From: Leptospiraceae bacterium
Lineage (GTDB): Bacteria > Spirochaetota > Leptospiria > Leptospirales > Leptospiraceae
DNA: 64,000 bases
Assembly (NCBI GenBank): GCA_024233875.1
Contig: JACKPB010000009.1
Coordinates: 85,191-149,190, forward strand
Direction of reading: 5' to 3'
Shown: positions 49,674-58,960 of the stretch, piece by piece
How positions within the stretch are numbered: position 1 is the first letter of the stretch
Layout: every line of letters begins with the position of its first letter
Notes under the pieces: generated by a model
What the model was told of the DNA's origin: nothing
The model's input: only the letters and a program-made list of their open reading frames with translations
The model's database searches: none
Made by a program: the position numbers and the translations under genes

Positions 49674-50348
49674 ATGAAAAAATTGTACCTGAGTCATTCC
49701 CTGAATTCCCAAACTCCCAGCTATGGAAATCACGGGCAGTTTACCATCCTTCAAAAATCATCTATTTCTGAAGGTGGTACCTGCAATGAAACCGGATTAG
49801 AATTCAATACTCATATAGGCACACATATTGATGCACCCTATCATTTTGACAATAGTGGAGACACTTTAGACCTTCTTCCTCCGGAACATTGGTTTTCTTT
49901 ATTTCCACACCTGATCAATCTCAGTCCATCTCCCAAAGGAACTATTGAATTCAAAGATTTAGAATCTCAATTGATTTCAATCCCAATAAACACTGATTTT
50001 TTGATCATAAAAACAGGATTTGGTAGCTATCGAAATGACTCTTCTATCTATTGTTTTCAATACCCGGTTTTGGATCCCGATATCCCGATCTGGTTAAGAA
50101 AAAATAGAAATCTAAAATTTATCGGTCTGGATCTCATTTCTTTCGGAAGCAAATCCAATAGAGAGAAAGGTCGTGCAACACATTCCAATTTTCTTAAAAC
50201 TCGAGAAGATTTGGGTCCTCCTATACTCTTAGTAGAAGATATGAAGTTAGATGAATTGTCCGAATCTCCGAAGGAAGTCTTCATTTTTCCCTTACGATTT
50301 GAAAAATCTGATGGTGCTCCCTGTACAATTATTGCAAATATGAATTAG
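49674..50348 (+). CDS. Cyclase-family protein (kynurenine-formamidase-like, PF04199)
   Basis: HIGTHIDAPYHF metal-binding motif. Confidence 0.75.
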   Translation: MKKLYLSHSLNSQTPSYGNHGQFTILQKSSISEGGTCNETGLEFNTHIGTHIDAPYHFDNSGDTLDLLPPEHWFSLFPHLINLSPSPKGTIEFKDLESQLISIPINTDFLIIKTGFGSYRNDSSIYCFQYPVLDPDIPIWLRKNRNLKFIGLDLISFGSKSNREKGRATHSNFLKTREDLGPPILLVEDMKLDELSESPKEVFIFPLRFEKSDGAPCTIIANMN

Positions 50349-50372
50349 GAGGGAACATCCCGGAAACTATAG

Positions 50373-50450
50373 TCATTTTCAAAAGGTTTGCGAATTCATG
50401 AAAGAATTTGCTTTAAAATATCTACATACCATAAGAATCTATACTCAAGC
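50373..50450 (+). repeat. Family B repeat, copy B1
   Basis: tcattttcaaaaggtttgcgaattcatgaaagaatttgctttaaaatatctacataccataagaa. Confidence 0.7.
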
Positions 50451-50499
50451 ATTTTAAGAAAATGATAAATACTAAACGAAATAGAGAAACTAAAGAAAA

Positions 50500-50600
50500 C
50501 TATACTCATTTTCAAAAGGTTTGCGCATTCATGAAAGAATTTGCTTTAAAATGGCTGCATATCTTAAGAAAAAATACGTAAGTATTTATGAAAACCGATA
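50500..50600 (+). repeat. Family B repeat, copy B2
   Basis: tcattttcaaaaggtttgcgcattcatgaaagaatttgctttaaaatggctgcatatcttaagaaaaaatacgtaagtatttatgaaaaccga. Confidence 0.7.
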
Positions 50601-50681
50601 TATAGATCTATTAGTAAAATATGATTTTGTGTAAGAAAATTAAAATCTTCTGAAGAATAAAAAAATGCGTAAAGTGAGTTA
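50594..50681. repeat. Family A partial copy (right half plus right terminal repeat only)
   Basis: gatctattagtaaaatatgattttg...aaaaaatgcgtaaagtgagtta is homologous to the right half of A1 (about 876..950). No left terminus is present. Confidence 0.55.
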
Positions 50682-50694
50682 ATAATTTACAATA

Positions 50695-51483
50695 ATGTAT
50701 GAACTTCTTCATAGTATCACTGCGGTCTTCTTTTCAATTGTCTTTGTAATGATCTTTATTCTGATCTGGACTACAGACATAAGCATACAATTCTCATCAA
50801 AAAAATGGAAGATTGCCGGATCCATCTTACTGTCCCTATTTTTTATCATTTTTTTTACTGTTTTGTATCCACATTTTGTAATCAATTTTTATTATTCTAT
50901 CTTGTATCACAATCAATTGCTAATTTTTAAATCGGACACAATTCCATTATTACTTTTTGGGTTTTTTGCGGGTATTTTTTCTCTAATACCCATATCTGCC
51001 TGGTTTGGATTGTCCGAAAAAAAATATTTATCCTATCGATTCAATAAGCTCTATACTTTTCTAATCTTATTTTTATTCTTTTTTCTCCCTTATTACCTAA
51101 CTCTGAATGGCTATACACTTTTTAACAAAGATCATTTTTTGAAAAGGAATCATTTAGATCTTTTTCCAAGAACTTATGAGTACACCCAAAATCTTAAATT
51201 CCAGTTTTCATCAGAATCCAGAACCTCTTCTTCCAAAGGTTCGACGACTACCTACAGGGTTCTTCTATTTAAAATGGAAGTGGATGGAGTAGAGGAGTTG
51301 ATTTTTGAAAGAAGTCAACTGGAAAAAAAATTGTTGAGCAATACCATTCAAATAGTCCAATTATTGAAAGAAAAAAATCTATCAGTGGAGATACCTTTCG
51401 TACTTATAGGTTTCAGTAAAATACGTAGCCAATTAGAACCTTATCAATTTAAACTGGATTTAAATGAAATATTTAAAAAATAA
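50695..51483 (+). CDS. Hypothetical integral membrane protein
   Basis: About 5 hydrophobic helices in the N-terminal 150 aa, then a soluble tail. Overlaps the next gene by 20 nt, so they are co-transcribed. Confidence 0.45.
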   Translation: MYELLHSITAVFFSIVFVMIFILIWTTDISIQFSSKKWKIAGSILLSLFFIIFFTVLYPHFVINFYYSILYHNQLLIFKSDTIPLLLFGFFAGIFSLIPISAWFGLSEKKYLSYRFNKLYTFLILFLFFFLPYYLTLNGYTLFNKDHFLKRNHLDLFPRTYEYTQNLKFQFSSESRTSSSKGSTTTYRVLLFKMEVDGVEELIFERSQLEKKLLSNTIQIVQLLKEKNLSVEIPFVLIGFSKIRSQLEPYQFKLDLNEIFKK

Positions 51484-52549
51484 AGACATGACTGACAACA
51501 TTCAATTCTCATCCATTCTATTACTCATAATTTCTCTTCTCCTGTCCTGTTCAAAAAACCAAATAGAAGACAGAGCACTTTCGGATCAATACATAGTTCC
51601 GGAGGTAAAAAATGAACTCGTTAAACAGGAAGACGCTGACAAAAATAGTTTTGCTAATTCAAATTATTACGAACAAATCTCCTGCAATCCTAATGATTGT
51701 GTGGAAGTCAAATATGATGAATATTCAGAGCTGGATGAAAAACTAGAATCCTTACTGGACCAGAATGCAGGAAAGGTTCTGATCCAAATGAAATCCTATG
51801 CACTCAAACTCAGCTCTGAAGAATTGGAGGATGTTGTTCCCTACCTGAGAGAGATAGCGAAAAATGATGGACAGGTATCCATGGAGCCCCTCTATATAGG
51901 ACAAAGAGAATTTTCAAGCCTCGGAATTCCTTTTGTGAAAGATGCTGGATTAGTGGGATATAGTATTTTTAAGCGTATAAGCAATTATGTAAAATACAAA
52001 TCAACTCAAAACTACAATGCTAAGATTATATATCATCCGGTCTACCAAACTGTCTATATGATTTTTATTGTCCACAAATCTTATGGAGATGTTTGCAATA
52101 CAATCTACTCCAACTGTAGGGATTTAGAATACATAGACGATGAAACATTTGATCATACTCTTTCCAGAGCTATTAAAGAAAGTATAACCGATAAAAAACC
52201 CGTAAGAGTCAACTTCTCACAATTGGATGTAAAACTTATGGATACGAAATTAGATTTAGATAATCTAAAAGAAATGAACAAGGCAAGCCGACTGTATAAG
52301 TGGTTGGTCATTACTAAAAAGACAGAAAAGAAGCCGGTTGTCAGACAAAGATTCATGGGCATTCAGGCAGCAGTTACCTTAATCGACTACTCTCTCACAC
52401 TTTATGATACGATCAAAGCTATACAGCTCTACAATCCGGCTCTTCAGACAATTGCTGAAGTTAGTTATACTGGAGAGGAAAAGGGGGGCAAAATTCAATC
52501 AGTGACTTTTCGAATTGCGGAGGAAGGGGAGATTCAGGAAGAAAAATGA
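51464..52549 (+). CDS. Hypothetical lipoprotein
   Basis: Signal peptide with lipobox LLLSC. 361 aa. No recognisable domain. Confidence 0.45.
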   Translation: MKYLKNKDMTDNIQFSSILLLIISLLLSCSKNQIEDRALSDQYIVPEVKNELVKQEDADKNSFANSNYYEQISCNPNDCVEVKYDEYSELDEKLESLLDQNAGKVLIQMKSYALKLSSEELEDVVPYLREIAKNDGQVSMEPLYIGQREFSSLGIPFVKDAGLVGYSIFKRISNYVKYKSTQNYNAKIIYHPVYQTVYMIFIVHKSYGDVCNTIYSNCRDLEYIDDETFDHTLSRAIKESITDKKPVRVNFSQLDVKLMDTKLDLDNLKEMNKASRLYKWLVITKKTEKKPVVRQRFMGIQAAVTLIDYSLTLYDTIKAIQLYNPALQTIAEVSYTGEEKGGKIQSVTFRIAEEGEIQEEK

Positions 52550-52558
52550 TATCAGTAC

Positions 52559-54004
52559 TTAACTAAATTGTATCGGTGGTTGCCAGCCCCCGAACTCTTT
52601 CTCCAGTTCATAGGCGAGATTGATAGTCAGGAGATCACGACCGTGATTTCCTATAATCTGAATTCCCAAAGGCAATCCTTTCCCTGATAACCCCAGAGGT
52701 ACCTGAGTGACCGGAAACTCCAAAACATTCATAATAGCGGTGTAAATCCAATCTATACTATGAAAGAGGATAGGTTCATTGTGTTTGGGAACAGTCCTGG
52801 AATACGATGGAAATAGGACAATACAATTCTTTCCCAGAGCATCACTGAGTTCCTTCTTCAATGCTTCACCCTGTTGGGCAAAATCATCTGCATGATCTCC
52901 AAATACATCCGGAATTTTTTCAATGATGCTGAGAGCTATTCCAGGGAAAGTAAATTCTGATTGATCGTAAAATGAATGAATCAATTCCCAAATCAGAAGA
53001 TTCGATCTTCCTTCAAACATCATATCTTCAAATTTTTTTCCACCGGCTTTAGAAAGCATAGATGACCATATTTCCAGGGAGTTTTTCAGTTTGGGAAATT
53101 GTATTTTTTTTTCTTTAGCTCCCTTTTTTTTCAAAAAATCAACTACCTTTCTCTGTGAGTAGATAAGTTCCTCCTCGACACTCAAAAGACCGTTAGATTC
53201 TATGGAAATAAATTCTAAATTAGTAATATCTAATTTTTCATCCCAATCTATTTGAAAATCCAAACATCCCTTATCCAATCCATCTTTTCCTGAATAAATT
53301 TTTAAGAGTAAAGATAAGTCTTCTGCCTTACGTGCTATAGGACCGGTAGTCAGATAACGCAGGGCTTGATTTTCTGCCATAGGATGCTGTCCCGTTCCCG
53401 GCACAAGCCCTCCGGTTGGTTTGTGCCCGAACACACCATTAAAAAAAGCTGGCATACGGATCGAACCACCGATGTCTGCACCCAAACCAAATGGAGATGC
53501 ACCCGATCCAATAATTGCACCTTCACCCCCAGAACTACCACCTGCTATTCTGGATAGATCATAAGGATTGTTTGTTCGTCCGTAGACACGATTATTGGAT
53601 TCCATCCACATACACAATTCGGATACATTAGTGAAACCGATAGGAATTGCTCCGGATTCTAAGATTCTATCCACTACAGTAGCGTTTCTCAATGGATAGA
53701 AATTTCTTCTTAAATTCAATCCACCGGTTTGAGGAAAACCTACAAAGGCAAAATTTTCCTTAATAGTGCATGGAACTCCATATAGGAGAGGAAATTCTTC
53801 TCTATCCTTTTCCGATAATTGCTTATCTACTTTTTTAGCATCTTCAATAGCTTCCTCCATTCTTGACTGCACTATTGCGTTTATGAATGGATTTACTTTT
53901 TTTGCATGATTTATATGAATTTTAATTACTTCTTCCGAGCTGACTTCTCTAGATCTGATTAATTCTGCCAAACGCTTCGCAGAAAGTAGAAGTAGTTTAT
54001 CCAC
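52559..54004 (-). CDS. Amidase-signature family amidase
   Basis: GGSSGGEGAIIGSGASPFGLGADIGGSIRMPA amidase signature, with catalytic Ser-cisSer-Lys context. Confidence 0.85.
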   Translation of the reverse strand: MDKLLLLSAKRLAELIRSREVSSEEVIKIHINHAKKVNPFINAIVQSRMEEAIEDAKKVDKQLSEKDREEFPLLYGVPCTIKENFAFVGFPQTGGLNLRRNFYPLRNATVVDRILESGAIPIGFTNVSELCMWMESNNRVYGRTNNPYDLSRIAGGSSGGEGAIIGSGASPFGLGADIGGSIRMPAFFNGVFGHKPTGGLVPGTGQHPMAENQALRYLTTGPIARKAEDLSLLLKIYSGKDGLDKGCLDFQIDWDEKLDITNLEFISIESNGLLSVEEELIYSQRKVVDFLKKKGAKEKKIQFPKLKNSLEIWSSMLSKAGGKKFEDMMFEGRSNLLIWELIHSFYDQSEFTFPGIALSIIEKIPDVFGDHADDFAQQGEALKKELSDALGKNCIVLFPSYSRTVPKHNEPILFHSIDWIYTAIMNVLEFPVTQVPLGLSGKGLPLGIQIIGNHGRDLLTINLAYELEKEFGGWQPPIQFS

Positions 54005-54637
54005 TCAGTTTAACTCTTCGGAATAATTCATAACTAAGTACATCAATGTATCCTGACTCCCTGGATTCGAATATTCATGTGGAACATCCGCTTTGAAATG
54101 AATTGAGTCTTTGGGTTCCAATTCTATGATCTTATCACCTATACGGAGACGTAGTTTACCAGTAACTACAACTAGATTTTCTGTAGTACCTGTTTGGTGA
54201 GCATCGGCGATTTCTATCCCGCCGGGTCTGAGAACCAATTCATAGAATTCTGATTTTCTGCTTCCGCTGAACGGAAACAAGGCTCTACTTGAAAATACTT
54301 TCGAATTTGAGTACAAAACTTTAGTGTTCTCAAATTTTAAAACATGAATGCCTTCCTCATCTTTTTCCTTTATCAATTCACTGAAGGGGACATTGAGACC
54401 ATTGGCAATTTTCCACAATACAGCTATAGTCGGTGTACTTTTCCCCTGTTCAATCTGAGAGAGCATAGCTCTACTAACTCCGCACCTGGACGCGAGTTTA
54501 TCTAGAGAAAAGCCACGAGTATGTCGAATTACTTTTAAATTTTCCTTAACAGTTTCTATGATTCTGTCTTCACTGTGTTCTCTTTTGGGGAGCTCTGATT
54601 GATCTGAATCTAATTCATTAGAGGATTTGGATTTCAT
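54005..54637 (-). CDS. XRE-family transcriptional regulator with C-terminal cupin domain
   Basis: HTH_3 ([37 protein letters not shown]) plus a cupin-like C-terminal half. Its start abuts the amidase stop, so the two form an operon. Confidence 0.8.
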   Translation of the reverse strand: MKSKSSNELDSDQSELPKREHSEDRIIETVKENLKVIRHTRGFSLDKLASRCGVSRAMLSQIEQGKSTPTIAVLWKIANGLNVPFSELIKEKDEEGIHVLKFENTKVLYSNSKVFSSRALFPFSGSRKSEFYELVLRPGGIEIADAHQTGTTENLVVVTGKLRLRIGDKIIELEPKDSIHFKADVPHEYSNPGSQDTLMYLVMNYSEELN

Positions 54638-54734
54638 ATAAGTAGAAATTCTGTTATCTTAGAATATGTCAATCCTTTCCATATTCACTCTTTATTTATT
54701 TTTCTATAGATGTTTCATTCTACTTATTCTAATT

Positions 54735-54830
54735 TTTAGAAGGATTATGCATTCATAGAAGAATCAGCCATAAAATGACTACATACCTTAAGAAGAATTA
54801 CGCAAGTATTTATGAAAACCGAAACATCTC
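54735..54830 (+). repeat. Family B repeat, copy B3
   Basis: attatgcattcatagaagaatcagccataaaatgactacataccttaagaagaattacgcaagtatttatgaaaaccga. Confidence 0.65.
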
Positions 54831-54961
54831 GAATTTGAATCCACCTTGAGGGAAAAATTGCAAGATCTACAATTCCTATTAGAATATTAATTTTTTCAAA
54901 ATTCTATTTTACAAGAGGCACTAGTTCGTTTTCGTTTATTCCTGAATGAGTAGAGATTTTT

Positions 54962-55060
54962 TGTCTTTCCAATTTAAAGTCATTTTCAAAAGTATTTACG
55001 CATTCACAGAAGAATATGCTATAAAATGGCTAGATACCTTAGAAAGAAATACGTTAGTAT
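54962..55060 (+). repeat. Family B repeat, copy B4
   Basis: gtcattttcaaaagtatttacgcattcacagaagaatatgctataaaatggctagataccttagaaagaaatacgttagtatttctgaaaatt. Confidence 0.65.
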
Positions 55061-55099
55061 TTCTGAAAATTGAGCTCTAATCCAAACCAGGGGAATATT

Positions 55100-56197
55100 T
55101 TGTACAAAATCTTAGTAGTAGAAGATGATTCCAATATTCGAAATGGAATTGCTAATTTTTTAAAATTTGAAAATTACTCAGTTCAAACTGCAGAAAATGG
55201 GAAGATAGGTTTTGAAATAGCTAAAGATATAGTACCTGATCTGATCATTTCTGACATTATGATGCCGGTCATGGACGGATATGATTTTCTTACATCCATC
55301 CGGAATCATTCAGCCTTGAGCCATTTGCCCGTTCTTTTTTTGTCCGCTAAATCAGAGAGTTCCATGATTCGATCCGGAATGAATCTAGGAGCCGACGACT
55401 ACATAACCAAACCTTTTTCCTTTGATGAGTTACTTTCTGCAATAAAAACTAGATTGAGCCGAAAAGAAACTATTCAGGACAAATCACAGGCTAAATTAAA
55501 ATCCATCCGATCCAATCTCATTTCATTGATGCCTCATGAATACTACACACCATTGAATTCTATACTCGGATTCAGCGAAGTCTTAAGAGAAGAATACGAT
55601 ACTCTGGAGAAATCGGAAGCTTTAGAAATGATATCGAGTATATTTTCTTCCGGTAAGCGATTGCAAAATCTAATTGAAAATACTCTCCTCTATTTCTGGT
55701 TTACCTCCGCTACAAAATCAGAACTGGATTATGATATCGAGGGAGAGATAACTTCTAACTGTTCTGAAATCATTCAGGACATTCTTCACGAAGAATCTTT
55801 GATCTACGAGAGAAATTCTGATCTGGAGATAAACGAACTCATAGATTGCGAACTTTCTATTCGAGAAGATCATTTTGCAAAAATTCATAAAGAATTGATA
55901 ATCAACGCTATTAAATTTTCAAATCCAGGAACACCAATCACAATTTCTTCAAAAAGAAAAGATTCAAATTATCTATTCACGGTAGAAGATAGGGGTAGGG
56001 GCTTTTCAGATGAGCAAATCAAACATATAGATGAATTTACACAATTCAACCGAAAAATGTATGAACAGCAGGGCCAGGGTCTCGGATTGTTTCTTACTAA
56101 GAAACTAGTAGAAATCTATAAGGGCAATTTTCATATCAGCAGTCTCTTAGGTATGGGAACCACCGTTAAAATCACACTACCTATTTCAAAAGAGTAA
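55100..56197 (+). CDS. Hybrid response-regulator/histidine kinase (REC - HisKA - HATPase)
   Basis: Probable TTG start preceded by Shine-Dalgarno AGGGGA; the ORF could extend to 55070. REC domain (KILVVEDD...DLIISDIMMPVMDGY...K). H-box PHEYYTPLNSILG. G-box RGRGF...GQGLGL. Confidence 0.75.
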   Translation: MYKILVVEDDSNIRNGIANFLKFENYSVQTAENGKIGFEIAKDIVPDLIISDIMMPVMDGYDFLTSIRNHSALSHLPVLFLSAKSESSMIRSGMNLGADDYITKPFSFDELLSAIKTRLSRKETIQDKSQAKLKSIRSNLISLMPHEYYTPLNSILGFSEVLREEYDTLEKSEALEMISSIFSSGKRLQNLIENTLLYFWFTSATKSELDYDIEGEITSNCSEIIQDILHEESLIYERNSDLEINELIDCELSIREDHFAKIHKELIINAIKFSNPGTPITISSKRKDSNYLFTVEDRGRGFSDEQIKHIDEFTQFNRKMYEQQGQGLGLFLTKKLVEIYKGNFHISSLLGMGTTVKITLPISKE

Positions 56198-57705
56198 TGA
56201 GCGAAAATTCAATTGAAATTTATTACCATTCCTATCTACCTGAAATCTCAGTTTTAAAATACTTTGACAACCAATCGGAATATCATTTTAAAAAAATCCC
56301 ATCCATAGAAAAGAATTACTTTAAAGAATTAAAACCCAATAATATTTTTATTTTTGAAGTTAGAAACATTGAAGAATTGGACGGAATTCTTCCGGATATT
56401 TCTCATCTTACCCAAAGTAATTTTATCTTGGTTTCTTTGCCAACTTTTACTTCGTCTACCCGTCTAAATTTATTAAAGAGTGGAATCTTTGGTGTAATAC
56501 ATGAAGGAGATTCTGAATCTTTTACCGAAATCCTTTTGCAATACAAAAATGCTATTTATATAAATTCAATAAATTCTCATTCCGGATTCTTTACAAAAGT
56601 TCTTCAGGATCGAAAAGTACTAAATTCTGAGGAAAAATTCAAACTAATCTCAGAAAATATTTCTGATATGGTCACCCTTCATTCTCCAAACGAAAATTTT
56701 TTATATATCTCACCCGCATCTTTTTCTCTTTTAGGTTACTATCCCATTGAAATGATTTCTTTTTCACCGTATGACATAAGCCACCCCGAGGATCATAGTA
56801 AATTAGAAAAATTTTATTCATCTATATTAGATTATAGTAATGTGGAAAATATTTTAGAATACCGATTGATCACTAAAAAGAAAAAGACTATTTGGGTCGA
56901 AACCTCAGTAAATATTTATGAAAATTATGAAAACGTGATCTTTCTCTCTACAACCCGAAATATCATGGATAGGAAATTAGCCCAACAGGAAATTCTCAAT
57001 AGTCTCCACAAAGAACGTGAGGTCAATGAGCTAAAAAGTCTCTTCATAACTACAGTGTCTCACGAATTTAGAACACCGATAACTAATATCAATATGGCTG
57101 CCGAGATGTTGGAAAGGTATTTAGAACGAATGGATACCGAAACAAGAATGAAATATCTCAAGGATATTAAATTTTCCTGTATTCGTATGACAAACCTTAT
57201 GGAAGAAGTTTTGTTCATAGGAAAATCAGAAGCCAACAAACTAGAATTCAATCCAAAGATAATCGATTTAAAACCCTTCTGCAATGCTATCCTTCATGAA
57301 TTAGAAGGTTATACAGAAAATATCACCAAACGAATTCAATTTGAATACAAAGTTCCTCCCTGGGTGATTTCAATTTTTGACATGAATTTAATGCGACATA
57401 TTTTAATTAACCTATTGACAAATGCCTTGAAATATTCTACGGAAACCATCCTTTTCGAAGTGAACTATGAAAATGAAAATTTTATTTTTATCATCACAGA
57501 TAAAGGAATAGGAATTCCTGAAGACGAACTTGAGTCTATCTTCAATCCCTTCCATCGTGCTAAAAATTCCTCTGATTTTTCAGGTACAGGCTTAGGGCTA
57601 GCTATCGTTAAACAAGCCGTTTTGCACCATAAAGGAAAGATTGACTGCAATAGTACAGTAAACCAGGGAACGAGTTTTCAAATTTCGATTCCAAAGTTGC
57701 AATAA
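56197..57705 (+). CDS. PAS-domain sensor histidine kinase with a degenerate N-terminal receiver-like domain
   Basis: The ATG overlaps the upstream TAA as TAATG. PAS (ENISDMVTLHSP...LLGYYPIEM). H-box VSHEFRTPITNI. HATPase (ITDKGIGI...GTGLGLAIVKQ). Confidence 0.8.
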   Translation: MSENSIEIYYHSYLPEISVLKYFDNQSEYHFKKIPSIEKNYFKELKPNNIFIFEVRNIEELDGILPDISHLTQSNFILVSLPTFTSSTRLNLLKSGIFGVIHEGDSESFTEILLQYKNAIYINSINSHSGFFTKVLQDRKVLNSEEKFKLISENISDMVTLHSPNENFLYISPASFSLLGYYPIEMISFSPYDISHPEDHSKLEKFYSSILDYSNVENILEYRLITKKKKTIWVETSVNIYENYENVIFLSTTRNIMDRKLAQQEILNSLHKEREVNELKSLFITTVSHEFRTPITNINMAAEMLERYLERMDTETRMKYLKDIKFSCIRMTNLMEEVLFIGKSEANKLEFNPKIIDLKPFCNAILHELEGYTENITKRIQFEYKVPPWVISIFDMNLMRHILINLLTNALKYSTETILFEVNYENENFIFIITDKGIGIPEDELESIFNPFHRAKNSSDFSGTGLGLAIVKQAVLHHKGKIDCNSTVNQGTSFQISIPKLQ

Positions 57706-57748
57706 AAGTACACATCTCTCAAATCGGATTCTGTTATAATGTACTTTC

Positions 57749-58936
57749 TTGACTCACAATCTTCAATTTTTATCATGTACTCAGAGGAATTTAAATTTGG
57801 ATATTGTAGAGATAGAAAAAGGCTTTCAGGAGACTGAAGCAAAAATCAAAAAACTCGCAGAAGAATGCGGGAACTCAGTGGAAATCATTAGAGGTGGTGG
57901 AGTCAGCGACACCATTCATTTCATAGGCGATACTCGTAAAATTTCCGAAAAAGAAGGCTATGTCAAAGAATTGCCCGGTATTTCTAAGATTTGGGATGTT
58001 TCTATTCCTTACAAAAATATCGCTCGAGTAGGAGCCGGAAAGAATGGAGAAGTCGTTCATCGAAGTGATAGAATCATTCATATCAAAGGTCTCGACGGAC
58101 TCACCAGAACAATTGGAAACGGAAAGCATATCTTTATAGTGGGTCCGGATAGCCCTCAAACCCTGGATCAAACAATCACTATAGCAAAACAAGCCAAAGC
58201 AATAGGTGAAAAGCTGGGTATTTTGGATAGAATCATCCTAAGAGGTGGAGCTTTCAAACCCCGAACCAGACCCACAGATTGGCGTGGAATGGGTTGGGAA
58301 GGTATCGACATGCTCGATAAGGCCAAGGAAGAGACAGGAATCCCCTATGTCACTGAAGTTATGGACCACACCATAGCAGCTAGAGTAGCCGAACATGCTG
58401 ATATGATCCAAATTGGAACCAGAAACGCTCAGGATTTTGAATTATTAGAAGAAGTAGGCAAGACTCAAAAACCTGTTATTTTGAAACGAGGGTTCGGAAA
58501 TGAATCTGAAGAATGGTTTTCCGCTGCTGAATACATAGCTAATCAGGGAAATTTGGATATTATTCTTTGTGAAAGAGGCGTAAAGACTTTATTTATCAAA
58601 GAAGGATATTGCCGAAATACACCCGATTACAATGTAATCACGCATGCCAAAAAGAAAACTATATTACCTGTTATCTTTGATCCTTCTCATGTAGCCGGAG
58701 ATGATAAAATAGTTTTACAAAATCTTTTGGGATGCCTTCCATTCAAAGCAGATGGATCAATAACAGAGACTATCCATGAAGAGAGCTTCCGAAAAGAACA
58801 GAAGTGTGATGCCGCTCAGGCACTTGTTATGGATATTTACGAAAAAGCTGTAAAATCAATCTTAGAATACGAAAAAACTATCGTTCCTTTGATTTCTGAA
58901 ATTGATTCTTATTTTACTCAGAGGTCTAAACATTAA
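57749..58936 (+). CDS. 3-deoxy-7-phosphoheptulonate (DAHP) synthase, class I-beta, with an N-terminal regulatory domain
   Basis: Core motifs GAFKPRTRP, QIGTRNAQDFELL, KRG, DPSH. The ~100-aa N-terminal extension resembles the Thermotoga-type regulatory domain. The start is uncertain; a TTG near 57794 with Shine-Dalgarno AGAGGA is an alternative. Confidence 0.7.
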   Translation: MTHNLQFLSCTQRNLNLDIVEIEKGFQETEAKIKKLAEECGNSVEIIRGGGVSDTIHFIGDTRKISEKEGYVKELPGISKIWDVSIPYKNIARVGAGKNGEVVHRSDRIIHIKGLDGLTRTIGNGKHIFIVGPDSPQTLDQTITIAKQAKAIGEKLGILDRIILRGGAFKPRTRPTDWRGMGWEGIDMLDKAKEETGIPYVTEVMDHTIAARVAEHADMIQIGTRNAQDFELLEEVGKTQKPVILKRGFGNESEEWFSAAEYIANQGNLDIILCERGVKTLFIKEGYCRNTPDYNVITHAKKKTILPVIFDPSHVAGDDKIVLQNLLGCLPFKADGSITETIHEESFRKEQKCDAAQALVMDIYEKAVKSILEYEKTIVPLISEIDSYFTQRSKH

Positions 58937-58960
58937 AAAAGGGGTCTAAGCCCCTTTTTC
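58935..58960. terminator. Bidirectional rho-independent terminator between convergent genes
   Basis: aaaaaggggtctaagcccctttttc: stem gggg(t)c / g(c)cccc flanked by an A-run and a T-run. Confidence 0.55.
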
